Shown here in pieces: positions 1 through 7,839 of a stretch of 64,000 bases of DNA. Every line of letters starts with the position of its first letter. Position 1 is the stretch's first letter. Origin of the DNA: a virus (Duplodnaviria > Caudoviricetes); IMG/VR virus record IMGVR_UViG_3300050821_004020, positions 9,302-73,301 of that record; one strand, given 5' to 3'. The translations under genes were made by a program, and so were the position numbers. The notes beneath the pieces are model-generated. The model was not told the origin of the DNA and made no database searches. It worked only from the letters and a program-made list of their open reading frames with translations.

Positions 1-343
1 CGGCTCCGCCCTCGTCAATATGCTGTATGAAGTTGTATTCGTGACAAGACTCGTGCAGCAAAGTAATATCAGCATCTTTCATGGTAGAGTGATATCTCTT
101 ATCAACGAGGATCTTATACAGATGCTCATCTGAAGTTATTGCCGGCACCATGAAGCCCATGTAATCCCCAGGGATCTCCGTTAGATAAATCCGGGTAGTC
201 GTTGGCAGTGCTCCATAGAAATACTTTTGATTGTACTCTAGGAAGTCCGACTTTAATTTTCCCTCAGTAGGCCGGTGATCTACTACGCCGAATGCGCAAG
301 CTGCGCAGAGTGCTAGTATGATTGTGATGATTTTCCAGCGCAT
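1..343 (-). CDS. SprT-like HExxH metalloprotease with N-terminal signal/TM segment, truncated by window edge
   Basis: Hand translation from ATG at 343: MRWKIITIILALCAACAFG...EYNQKYFYGALP...TLLHESCHEY; absent from the ORF track because it runs off the edge. Confidence 0.75.
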   Translation of the reverse strand, partial: MRWKIITIILALCAACAFGVVDHRPTEGKLKSDFLEYNQKYFYGALPTTTRIYLTEIPGDYMGFMVPAITSDEHLYKILVDKRYHSTMKDADITLLHESCHEYNFIQHIDEGGA

Positions 344-402
344 TATTTTCCCTCAGGGCGGTAGACCAGATTTTATTCTACCGCCCGGCAATGAAGACGC
401 AC

Positions 403-431
403 ATCATACTACGTCTTCAAGTTATTGTCAA
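403..431 (-). promoter_or_regulatory. sigma70-type promoter
   Basis: TTGACA-17 nt-TATGAT on the minus strand upstream of ATG 343. Confidence 0.7.
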
Positions 432-590
432 TTTCGAAGTCAGCAAGCGGTTTCATCGATGTCCAGGGCACCCGGTGACCGGACCCCTCGTCGCTACCGC
501 TGGTGTCACGCTTCCAACGCTCACACCCACTGTTGCCCGCGTCTGATAGACCCTAGGAGCCTAAGCAGATCGCGTTGACCCCGAATACTT

Positions 591-1592
591 TTATTGCTTG
601 GCCTTCGTCGCCGGGGGTTGAAACAGTACGCTAGCCGGGGTGGATCCGCCTAGGAACGTCGTAGGCCACTGCCCGTCCCATTTATCATGCATTAGCTCGA
701 TGGTGCGGAGCTGGAGCAGCTCAGGCGTGATATTGCCCACCTGGAGCCGCTGGCCCTCGGCCTTGGCCTTGGCGACGATCAACGTGGACTGCGCCTCTCC
801 CGTAGCGGCTGCGATAGCGGCGTCCGCCTTGCCCTTGGCTTCGGCTGCGGCTTGATCCGCCTCTACGCGGATACGGTTCAAGTCATTCTTGGCCTTCTCT
901 GCATTCTGCTCCGCAACCTGCTTCGCCTCAATGCTCGCTTCATATTGCTGAGAGAACGAGAAGTTGGTAATGCTGGTGGACTCCGCTACGATGTAATACG
1001 GCGCCAAACGCAGCTTCACGCGGTTTTCAATACCATCACGAACCTTTACGCGTTGCGTGATCAATTCTTGCGCGTTGTATTGGGACGCTTCGGCTTTGAT
1101 GGATTCAAGAATTGCGGGCTGGATGACACGGGTTTCTGCGTCGTTATTCAACTGCACTAGAATATCCATAGCATGGAGCGTGTCAACGTGGTAGCCCAGA
1201 GTGACTTCCATATTGACCAGCTGTAGATCTCCGGATGATGCCTGCTCCGAGACCTTGATGACGCGGGTCTGGACGGGCACTTCCGTAACGGTATCCCCAA
1301 TGGGCCGAACGAAATGAAGACCGGGCTGGAGTGTCCCAACCGGCCTGCCAAAGCGCTTGACCACACCGACTGAGCCCGCATCAACGGAGTACGCGCCCAG
1401 GAACAGCGAAAAGAAAATCAGGCCTAGGCCCGTACCGATTGCGCCCGGGACGTATGCGACCACGGTCTTATCCGGCGTTCCCTTGGCCTTGGTTGCATTC
1501 GCCTTTTCTGTCTCTACAAATGACTGCCAAATTGAATACCCAACACCTGCTAGCACTGAAACTACGAACAACAAAAACAGAAGTGATCCCAT
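591..1592 (-). CDS. SPFH/band-7/prohibitin domain membrane protein
   Basis: Two TM segments, then GSVGVVKRFG...PGLHF, SGDLQLV, I..F.FS.QY..SIEAKQVAEQ and a coiled coil. Confidence 0.9.
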   Translation of the reverse strand: MGSLLFLLFVVSVLAGVGYSIWQSFVETEKANATKAKGTPDKTVVAYVPGAIGTGLGLIFFSLFLGAYSVDAGSVGVVKRFGRPVGTLQPGLHFVRPIGDTVTEVPVQTRVIKVSEQASSGDLQLVNMEVTLGYHVDTLHAMDILVQLNNDAETRVIQPAILESIKAEASQYNAQELITQRVKVRDGIENRVKLRLAPYYIVAESTSITNFSFSQQYEASIEAKQVAEQNAEKAKNDLNRIRVEADQAAAEAKGKADAAIAAATGEAQSTLIVAKAKAEGQRLQVGNITPELLQLRTIELMHDKWDGQWPTTFLGGSTPASVLFQPPATKAKQ

Positions 1593-1777
1593 TATTCCTC
1601 TTTTCCTTGTTCTAATTTAACTGCATTATACAAATCATTGTCTTCCAGGCAGAATGCGCAACCCTCTGCTCGCGTCATGCCATGTTGGCACGGATCGCAC
1701 TTACAATGCAACTGCATACATTTGTTGCAGTCAACGCAGACTCCGCAGGGCGCATCACAGCGTTTACACTCACTCAT
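1592..1777 (-). CDS. small Cys-rich protein
   Basis: 11 Cys in the first 43 aa in CxxC/CxC spacing; abuts neighbouring genes. Confidence 0.65.
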   Translation of the reverse strand: MSECKRCDAPCGVCVDCNKCMQLHCKCDPCQHGMTRAEGCAFCLEDNDLYNAVKLEQGKEE

Positions 1778-1986
1778 ACAAGCGCCTTATTCATTGCTTC
1801 TTTTATTCTGTCGTCGGAGTCTTTCACAAAGACTTCGCGCACATCTTCAAATCGCGCTCTAGCATCCTTCTTGAGTTTAAAGACATCCACGACACGGAAA
1901 GCTGGTTGAGGCGGGACGTATTCATCAACTGTATTCTCGAAAAACGGTCTACCGCTAACGTAGCCAACCCAACCGATTCTTTTCAT
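1774..1986 (-). CDS. hypothetical protein
   Basis: 4-nt overlaps with both neighbours. Confidence 0.6.
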   Translation of the reverse strand: MKRIGWVGYVSGRPFFENTVDEYVPPQPAFRVVDVFKLKKDARARFEDVREVFVKDSDDRIKEAMNKALV

Positions 1987-2168
1987 GCTGTTCTCCTGCC
2001 GTCAAAGATAACCGCTCGTATCTTGCCGTCTGGACATTTCCATTTCCAAACGCCTTCATCATCAAACCAAACAGAACGATGCCTGCAAGTGTAGCAAAAT
2101 CCGCATCTGGAGCAAATGTAAATTAGCTCTCCTTGTTTGCCGGTGAGTCTGCAGGAATGCGCTGCCAT
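1983..2168 (-). CDS. small Zn-finger-like protein
   Basis: CSRCGFCYTCRH motif; operon packing. Confidence 0.55.
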   Translation of the reverse strand: MAAHSCRLTGKQGELIYICSRCGFCYTCRHRSVWFDDEGVWKWKCPDGKIRAVIFDGRRTA

Positions 2169-2365
2169 CCTCGCCTCGCTTGCTGCGCATTTAATTGCTC
2201 CAGCGTAGCATTATCAATCTCATCTATCGTCATCACGGGCGGCTCAACCCAGACCTGTTTGCCCCGGGCCGCGTTCCTGGCTTTCTTCTGTTTGCGCCAG
2301 AGTTCAGCGGAGCCCGGGGACTTCCTGTCAGTTGAACGCTTTTTCGGGCCCTCTCGTCCGATCAT
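2123..2365 (-). CDS. hypothetical protein
   Basis: ORF track; operon packing. Confidence 0.5.
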   Translation of the reverse strand: MIGREGPKKRSTDRKSPGSAELWRKQKKARNAARGKQVWVEPPVMTIDEIDNATLEQLNAQQARRGWQRIPADSPANKES

Positions 2366-2862
2366 TCCCGGCCCTGCGTCTTGATGAAGTGCTCAACACG
2401 GCGGATCGCCGCGAGTATGCGACCCTGCTGAGTCTTTGCTTTGTCATGTTGAGATCGAAACTGTTCCGGCCACCCAGTATAGACCGTTTCCTCTGTGCCG
2501 ACATTGTACCAACCCTTAAAGAAAAAGAGACGATCTCTTTGATTTGCAGTCAAGCCAAGGTCTTTAGTGGCCTGCGCCAAAATCTGGTTGTTACGGCTAT
2601 CATCCCACCCTGACGGAAGTTCCAGTTTCTGAATGATATCAATTCCGCCGTCATCGTTGAGGACCCCGGTTCCAAAAACTAGAACGGTTTGACCCGCTAG
2701 GCAAGCAGCTGTATTGCAAACTGGCTTGATACTATTGGGTAAGGGGGTTATAAGCTCATAAATAGCACCGAAATGAGCCATGTCAAACCGTCCTACGGAC
2801 TCAGGTGAATCCAGTAGTTCTTCCAGGCTTTGAACCAGTTGCTTCAACTTATTGACCTTCAT
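2362..2862 (-). CDS. hypothetical phage protein
   Basis: CNTAACLAG motif; ATGA overlaps. Confidence 0.7.
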   Translation of the reverse strand: MKVNKLKQLVQSLEELLDSPESVGRFDMAHFGAIYELITPLPNSIKPVCNTAACLAGQTVLVFGTGVLNDDGGIDIIQKLELPSGWDDSRNNQILAQATKDLGLTANQRDRLFFFKGWYNVGTEETVYTGWPEQFRSQHDKAKTQQGRILAAIRRVEHFIKTQGRE

Positions 2863-3944
2863 GCTGCCTCTCTTTCTTCCTTGTTGTCCACGAATCCCAC
2901 AGTGAAGCCTTTCGAGCCTTCTTGGAATTCACCTTTGAAGTTTTTCTTCAACCTGGAGATTGTCTCTTCCAGGGGGATCTCCAAAACCAAGTACGTTGTG
3001 GCGATCTCTCTTAGATATGCTAACGAAAGACCGGACGTCTTGTCAAGTATCATATTTAGGTCAATCTCTGACAGTGCCGAGCCGCATACATTCCTCAGAT
3101 ACGCGGCGCGAGTAGCACGGGTAGCCGGGCTGATGCCGATTACCAAATCAAAGCGGCCTGGCCGGCGAATAAATCGATCTGCGATGGCCTTTGGTTTATT
3201 TGTCGTCGCAATATGCACCACCCCATTAATTTGATTCTCTCCATCATACAAAGATAATGCTGCGGTCTCACTCTTTGCGACGTTGGATCCGTTTGACCCC
3301 TCTAGATACGTTTCAATATCCTCTGTCACGGTCATCACGGGCCTTTCCGGCTCAATGCTTCGGAATTCTTTCAACCCCTTAATCAAGACATCATAGTCAT
3401 CATTAACGTAGACTACGCCGCCAAGGTCGATGATCTGCTTCTTTAGCAGGCTGACGATGCTGGACTTCCCGCAGCCCGCTGGCCCATAAAGCATGATACC
3501 GCGCTTCTGCAGAAAATTGTACTTCGCGTACACGTCTTTCTTTGACCAGAAGACCTTGATCTGATCCAAGATGTAATCCGTTGGGAGATCCGGGAGATCA
3601 ATTAATCCGTCCGTGACAGAGTTCTGCTTCCGGCTCCACAGGCGGTCGTTAGCGTCTTCCTCCAGCATGTACTCACCCGGTGGAATGCTTGGTACGGACT
3701 GCCCGATTGTAGCGAATGCAGTGCCCTTGGCGCCTACCTGCCACATCCCGACTTCAGTTTCTGGATTCATTTCGTCTTCTCCCTCATTCTTAATCCCGTG
3801 CTTTTCGTTGTACATTTTCTCTTCAGTCAAATACCACGATGCCTTCATATACCCGCGTAACACCTCGTTATCGATATGACTGTTTCTCTTTAAAAAGATA
3901 GTCCTGAAAGAAATCACCGACCCCCCTTGGAGCACCACAAACAC
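2859..3944 (-). CDS. AAA+ ATPase (true start uncertain, possibly 3917 or 3770)
   Basis: Walker A GPAGCGKS, Walker B variant VTEDIE, ATTN sensor, RRPGRFD arginine finger. Confidence 0.9.
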   Translation of the reverse strand: MFVVLQGGSVISFRTIFLKRNSHIDNEVLRGYMKASWYLTEEKMYNEKHGIKNEGEDEMNPETEVGMWQVGAKGTAFATIGQSVPSIPPGEYMLEEDANDRLWSRKQNSVTDGLIDLPDLPTDYILDQIKVFWSKKDVYAKYNFLQKRGIMLYGPAGCGKSSIVSLLKKQIIDLGGVVYVNDDYDVLIKGLKEFRSIEPERPVMTVTEDIETYLEGSNGSNVAKSETAALSLYDGENQINGVVHIATTNKPKAIADRFIRRPGRFDLVIGISPATRATRAAYLRNVCGSALSEIDLNMILDKTSGLSLAYLREIATTYLVLEIPLEETISRLKKNFKGEFQEGSKGFTVGFVDNKEEREAA

Positions 3945-4408
3945 AGGTCATCGTAATCACAAAAGATCAATGGCGCACTACACATGAAGCACTGCGTATC
4001 AGTCTCGAACGGCAACTTGACGTACTTGCTTAGCTGTACCCAAGGTGGTAAATCTTCCGCTGAGATCCAAAATTTTCCCGGTGGGATCACCAACGGTGTC
4101 GTTGACGCTGGCGGCCCCAGGGCCTTTCTAGCCTTTGTGAATTCCTTTCTTAGCGCGGTCTTCTTTACGTCTTCTTCGTTGCGCTTCTTGTACTCGGCCA
4201 GTGCCCTCTCGGTAAGCGTTAGTTCCGCTGGGCGGTGCTTGTCTCGAAGAGCAGTAAGAACAGAGGGCTTTGTGGTGAACCACGTCCATGCTGGCGGGCC
4301 CGAAGTTCTAAACCCAGCCGCCTGTGCCGCGTCTTTATCGCCGGCCCAAGAGGCTTGGGCAAATTCAGCTTGAAAGTATTTCTCGGTGTCGTTCCAGAGG
4401 ATACGCAC
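3914..4408 (-). CDS. hypothetical protein with C-terminal CxxC..CxxC
   Basis: ORF track; operon packing. Confidence 0.65.
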   Translation of the reverse strand: MRILWNDTEKYFQAEFAQASWAGDKDAAQAAGFRTSGPPAWTWFTTKPSVLTALRDKHRPAELTLTERALAEYKKRNEEDVKKTALRKEFTKARKALGPPASTTPLVIPPGKFWISAEDLPPWVQLSKYVKLPFETDTQCFMCSAPLIFCDYDDLCLWCSKGGR

Positions 4409-4618
4409 TTATTCGAATTTTACGTCCTTTAATTTCGTTGGGAGACAGCCCTGTTCTTCTAGCCAGCCCTCTGCAGCATTTTTCTCTTCCAACTTTATTC
4501 CCGCCGCTGATAAAACTTCTCGAGAAGAAAGAGAGTGCCCTTCCGAAAAAAGTACCCCGTCCACGTAGAGTCCTTCCCAATCCCCGGATGAACTGCTTAC
4601 CATAACGAGCTTCTTCAT
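4409..4618 (-). CDS. hypothetical protein
   Basis: ORF track; abuts neighbours. Confidence 0.65.
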   Translation of the reverse strand: MKKLVMVSSSSGDWEGLYVDGVLFSEGHSLSSREVLSAAGIKLEEKNAAEGWLEEQGCLPTKLKDVKFE

Positions 4619-4932
4619 ACCCTCTCCTTTTGGTGAAATTCTCGCTGGCCCTCGAGTAGATATTCATCCAGCTGTTCCTTCTGCTGACGACTGAATTCAA
4701 GGTACTGAGCCGCCTGTACGGTTAACGCGTTGTAACGCTCTAGTAGCGTGCTGTAATCCTCTTGTACCACTAGGTAACGCTCCCGGTAAGAGTCCAAACC
4801 GTCCGTGAGATCCTTGAGGTACGCTAAGATCTGCGGAGGAGCTACAGGAGGCAGTTTGCCGGATAGCCAACCCTCTAGAATCCCCTTCGCAAACGCGGCG
4901 TCCTGATCAACGCTCGTCAATTCTTTTAGCAT
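4615..4932 (-). CDS. hypothetical coiled-coil protein
   Basis: ORF track; overlaps with neighbours. Confidence 0.6.
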   Translation of the reverse strand: MLKELTSVDQDAAFAKGILEGWLSGKLPPVAPPQILAYLKDLTDGLDSYRERYLVVQEDYSTLLERYNALTVQAAQYLEFSRQQKEQLDEYLLEGQREFHQKERV

Positions 4933-5141
4933 TATTCACACCTCGGATCAGTGAACGTGAAAGTCCCGTCGATCCTATTATCGTCATACCCTTCTCCAAG
5001 AAATTCATCGCCGCCCTCGGTGGCCTCAACCCACTTCTCGAAAGCCGCCTCTTCATCAACCGGAATAAAATAATGGGAATTATATACTTTACTGCCGAAA
5101 ACTTTTTCAACATTTTTCATCCTTTGGTCCTCCGCTTGCAC
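4932..5141 (-). CDS. hypothetical protein
   Basis: ORF track; likely start near 5120. Confidence 0.55.
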   Translation of the reverse strand: MQAEDQRMKNVEKVFGSKVYNSHYFIPVDEEAAFEKWVEATEGGDEFLGEGYDDNRIDGTFTFTDPRCE

Positions 5142-5162
5142 AAGTACTAGAACTGATTGGAG

Positions 5163-5966
5163 TTACGATTTTCTCCACCTATTGCTCTGTCGAAGAATCT
5201 TCGCGGCGTATTCTTCCTGTCGTTTTTTATTTTCTTCTACAGGCAAAATAGCGAAGGCACCTTGTTTAGCTTCGAATTCTAAGAGCCTTTTGGCACCCCA
5301 CGTCTTTTCTTTTTTGAGTGCTTTTTGTGCTGCGTCTAGTCGAGACCAATCCTTCAAGAATATGAATCGCTTCTTTGGTATGTCGGGCGTAACTATGAGC
5401 CGCTCTCCGTATTTCGGTTTGACAATTTCGTACTTTGTGGTTCCAAACTCGTTAAAAAATCGTTTTCTGCTGACTCTTTTACCATCTAACCACCACGTTG
5501 AACCGTCTGGCTGTGCATCTTCTACTTGTAACCAATTTGCAGCTAGATAAGTATTTCCAGTATGGCCTACTTCGCGGTCGGCATAGGTGATAGCCGAATC
5601 AAAATTAGCAGTCTTGAAGAGCAGTCGCGTACTGTGAGCTAAAAGACTGCTCGTAGCCCATAGATGGCCGGGAATCCCGACCATGCGAACCAATTCAATC
5701 GGCTCAAAACCCGCTGCTCTCATTCTTTTTTGGACTGATATAGAACGAGGAACACCCCAAACAGTGCACCCCTCGTCGTGCCCGAAACATAATTGCGCCG
5801 TTCGTACCGCCCCCAAATAGTGGTGTTGAAGAAGTTCATTCGCTTTTTTCAAAGAAATAACTTCCACGCGGGGAGATTTTTGGAGCGAGAAGGTCGGAGT
5901 CGAACCGCCGTCACCGATTGGAATCGGTTGTTTTACCGTTAAACTATTCCCGCATAGCTCGCTCAT
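5163..5966 (-). CDS. Mom-like GNAT DNA-modification protein
   Basis: HHYLG, IELVRM, TSSLLA..., ITYAD..GHTGNTYLAANW match Mom-family motifs. Confidence 0.75.
   Translation of the reverse strand: MSELCGNSLTVKQPIPIGDGGSTPTFSLQKSPRVEVISLKKANELLQHHYLGAVRTAQLCFGHDEGCTVWGVPRSISVQKRMRAAGFEPIELVRMVGIPGHLWATSSLLAHSTRLLFKTANFDSAITYADREVGHTGNTYLAANWLQVEDAQPDGSTWWLDGKRVSRKRFFNEFGTTKYEIVKPKYGERLIVTPDIPKKRFIFLKDWSRLDAAQKALKKEKTWGAKRLLEFEAKQGAFAILPVEENKKRQEEYAAKILRQSNRWRKS
5881..5953 (-). ncRNA. tRNA-Gly-derived cloverleaf embedded in-frame in the 5' end of the Mom-like CDS
   Basis: GCGGGAA/TTCTCGC acceptor plus T-CCA, GTTT/AAAC D stem, ACCGA/TCGGT stem with 6-nt TTCCAA loop, TTCGACT T-loop. Confidence 0.8.
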
Positions 5967-6047
5967 CGTGGCATCTCCTGAGCGAGTGAACCCGCATCAA
6001 ACCAAGTCTTTCCGCCTTTCAACTGTTCGTAGGTAATTCGTGCGCCA

Positions 6048-6076
6048 GTTACTAAGTGCGCTCCTTCGGAAGTCAA
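6048..6076 (-). promoter_or_regulatory. putative sigma70 promoter of the Mom-like gene
   Basis: TTGACT-17-AGTAAC in an intergenic gap. Confidence 0.45.
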
Positions 6077-6122
6077 GTATATAATTCCCAAATAATCATG
6101 TCCAGATTCATCTGACATAATT

Positions 6123-6521
6123 CTAAATCGTGTCATCTTCGTCTTCTCCCCATGCCCTTTCTAATATTTCTGCCCAGAGTGTTTGTTTTATATCGGCGTC
6201 GTGATTAGCTTTATATTTCATTTCCGGTTCAAAGATCACATCCTCGTCAATTCGGATTCCCCGCGTGATCAAAAACGTGATGTCTTCCCAGTTCAAGTGA
6301 AGCCTGTTGTAGTCAGCGGGCTTGATAACCTTAGCAGCCAACGCCTCTCTGAAGGCCGCTCGTTGTTCTAAATCATGAGCGTAGTGCCAATCCTGATGGG
6401 GCTCCCGCTGAAGCCTAAGGCCGTTCTCTGTCCATGCGCTTACATTAAACTTGCAACGCGGGCACTGCCAATGATATTTAGGGCCAAAATCTCCTGGTGC
6501 GGTAAGCTCTCCATAAGCCAC
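6123..6521 (-). CDS. hypothetical protein with CxxC
   Basis: ORF track. Confidence 0.65.
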   Translation of the reverse strand: MAYGELTAPGDFGPKYHWQCPRCKFNVSAWTENGLRLQREPHQDWHYAHDLEQRAAFREALAAKVIKPADYNRLHLNWEDITFLITRGIRIDEDVIFEPEMKYKANHDADIKQTLWAEILERAWGEDEDDTI

Positions 6522-6529
6522 GGTGCCCC

Positions 6530-7087
6530 CTAGTGATAGATCGCCGGCAACGGTGACGGGTAAGGAAAATTAGCTCTGTTGATCCAGCCGTCCAGAAATC
6601 GCTGATTGGACGGATTCAAATCTACAAGTCCATGATAGAAGCTGATCCATTCCGCACGGTACTGCGCGGCTACGATTTTGGGATCTTTCTGGCTGAGTTC
6701 AGCTAGCGTCACACCACCCAGGACACCGTCTGGATCCACCCCAAGGACTCGTTGAAGCGCCTTGACTGCTGTAGGGATGTTCCGGTTAACGGACCAGCTC
6801 AGCACTAGCGCGGCAATTTGATCGTCTGTAATTCTGTCCCCGTTGATGTGGCGCCAGAATTCTTCGTCGTAAAATATCTTTGCGCGATTAATGGCCAGGA
6901 AAGTGGTGCATGCACTCGCATCCCAAAAATTTGGGTTTGCCAATAACGGCAGCGTGCCAAAATTTTTGCTGGTGATGCCAAGCCTGGTGAGGCCGGCACC
7001 GTCTCCCAAGTTCACAACCCGAGCTGGGACTTGCTTGTCATCTTCCTGATAAAGAAGCCACTCAACTATGGGCTCAAAGTTAGCCAC
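6530..7087 (-). CDS. GH108-type lysozyme/endolysin with C-terminal peptidoglycan-binding region
   Basis: GTG start with SD; E..DGAGLTRLGIT; LQRVLGVDPDGVLGGVTL; F..GWINRA. Confidence 0.85.
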   Translation of the reverse strand: MANFEPIVEWLLYQEDDKQVPARVVNLGDGAGLTRLGITSKNFGTLPLLANPNFWDASACTTFLAINRAKIFYDEEFWRHINGDRITDDQIAALVLSWSVNRNIPTAVKALQRVLGVDPDGVLGGVTLAELSQKDPKIVAAQYRAEWISFYHGLVDLNPSNQRFLDGWINRANFPYPSPLPAIYH

Positions 7088-7337
7088 GTTTCTCTCCCTT
7101 GCAGTAGGCGCAGATGGGGACGCGCATCTTTTCGTACTGAGGACCCACTCGCATTTCAAAAATCGTCTCCCGCGCTCCACAGCCCTTGCACTGCGGTTCT
7201 TCAGCCACGAGCATTCCCTGTCTACTAAGCTTGATCCTTTCATTCGTTACGTTGTTGTATATAACTCCGGTACCATCAACGAACGTGTGGATGCGGTACG
7301 AGGTCCAACCGGGTATTTTATCTCCGTTCAATAACAT
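7080..7337 (-). CDS. hypothetical Zn-ribbon protein
   Basis: Two CxxC pairs. Confidence 0.55.
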   Translation of the reverse strand: MLLNGDKIPGWTSYRIHTFVDGTGVIYNNVTNERIKLSRQGMLVAEEPQCKGCGARETIFEMRVGPQYEKMRVPICAYCKGEKRG

Positions 7338-7346
7338 GGTGCTCCC

Positions 7347-7673
7347 TTAGAGAAGGTCGGCGTATGCGCCGAGTCGTACTAATCGCATAATTCCATCCTG
7401 ATGTCGCGGGCCATGTCCCGCGTCAAATGGGAGACTAACATGAACCATCTCGTGAAGTAGTATGGTTCTTGTTATCCGTCCATATCCCTTGTATCGCTTA
7501 TTGATAGTGATCGCAACGGGGTCCTCTGCCCAGAAATCCGTTGCACCACCTGATTTGCAAGGTAATTTCCCGTATTGAACGCTTATCTTTGGGAGCTTAT
7601 TTTTAAAGTACTTTCGGTTGTAATAGCGGTACAACTGTGCCAGAGTCGGTATCGTCCTCTTTCTCTTTCTCAT
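7347..7673 (-). CDS. SprT-like metalloprotease
   Basis: YNRKYF...LLHEMVH..GHG. Confidence 0.85.
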   Translation of the reverse strand: MRKRKRTIPTLAQLYRYYNRKYFKNKLPKISVQYGKLPCKSGGATDFWAEDPVAITINKRYKGYGRITRTILLHEMVHVSLPFDAGHGPRHQDGIMRLVRLGAYADLL

Positions 7674-7839
7674 TTATAATCCTGTGCGCCCACTTCTTGC
7701 GGGATGCTTCTGTTTCATTACAGTGTGGGAAGATGTTCCAGAATGCTACCCAAAAGAAATGCTGCTGAAGGTCCTTCTCGTATCGCAACCCGTTACCGCC
7801 AATAATTACGGCGGTCATTTTAGAGACTGTGCGGCTCAC
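7603..7839 (-). CDS. hypothetical protein
   Basis: ATGA overlap with the upstream gene stop. Confidence 0.55.
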   Translation of the reverse strand: MSRTVSKMTAVIIGGNGLRYEKDLQQHFFWVAFWNIFPHCNETEASRKKWAHRIINEKEKEDDTDSGTVVPLLQPKVL

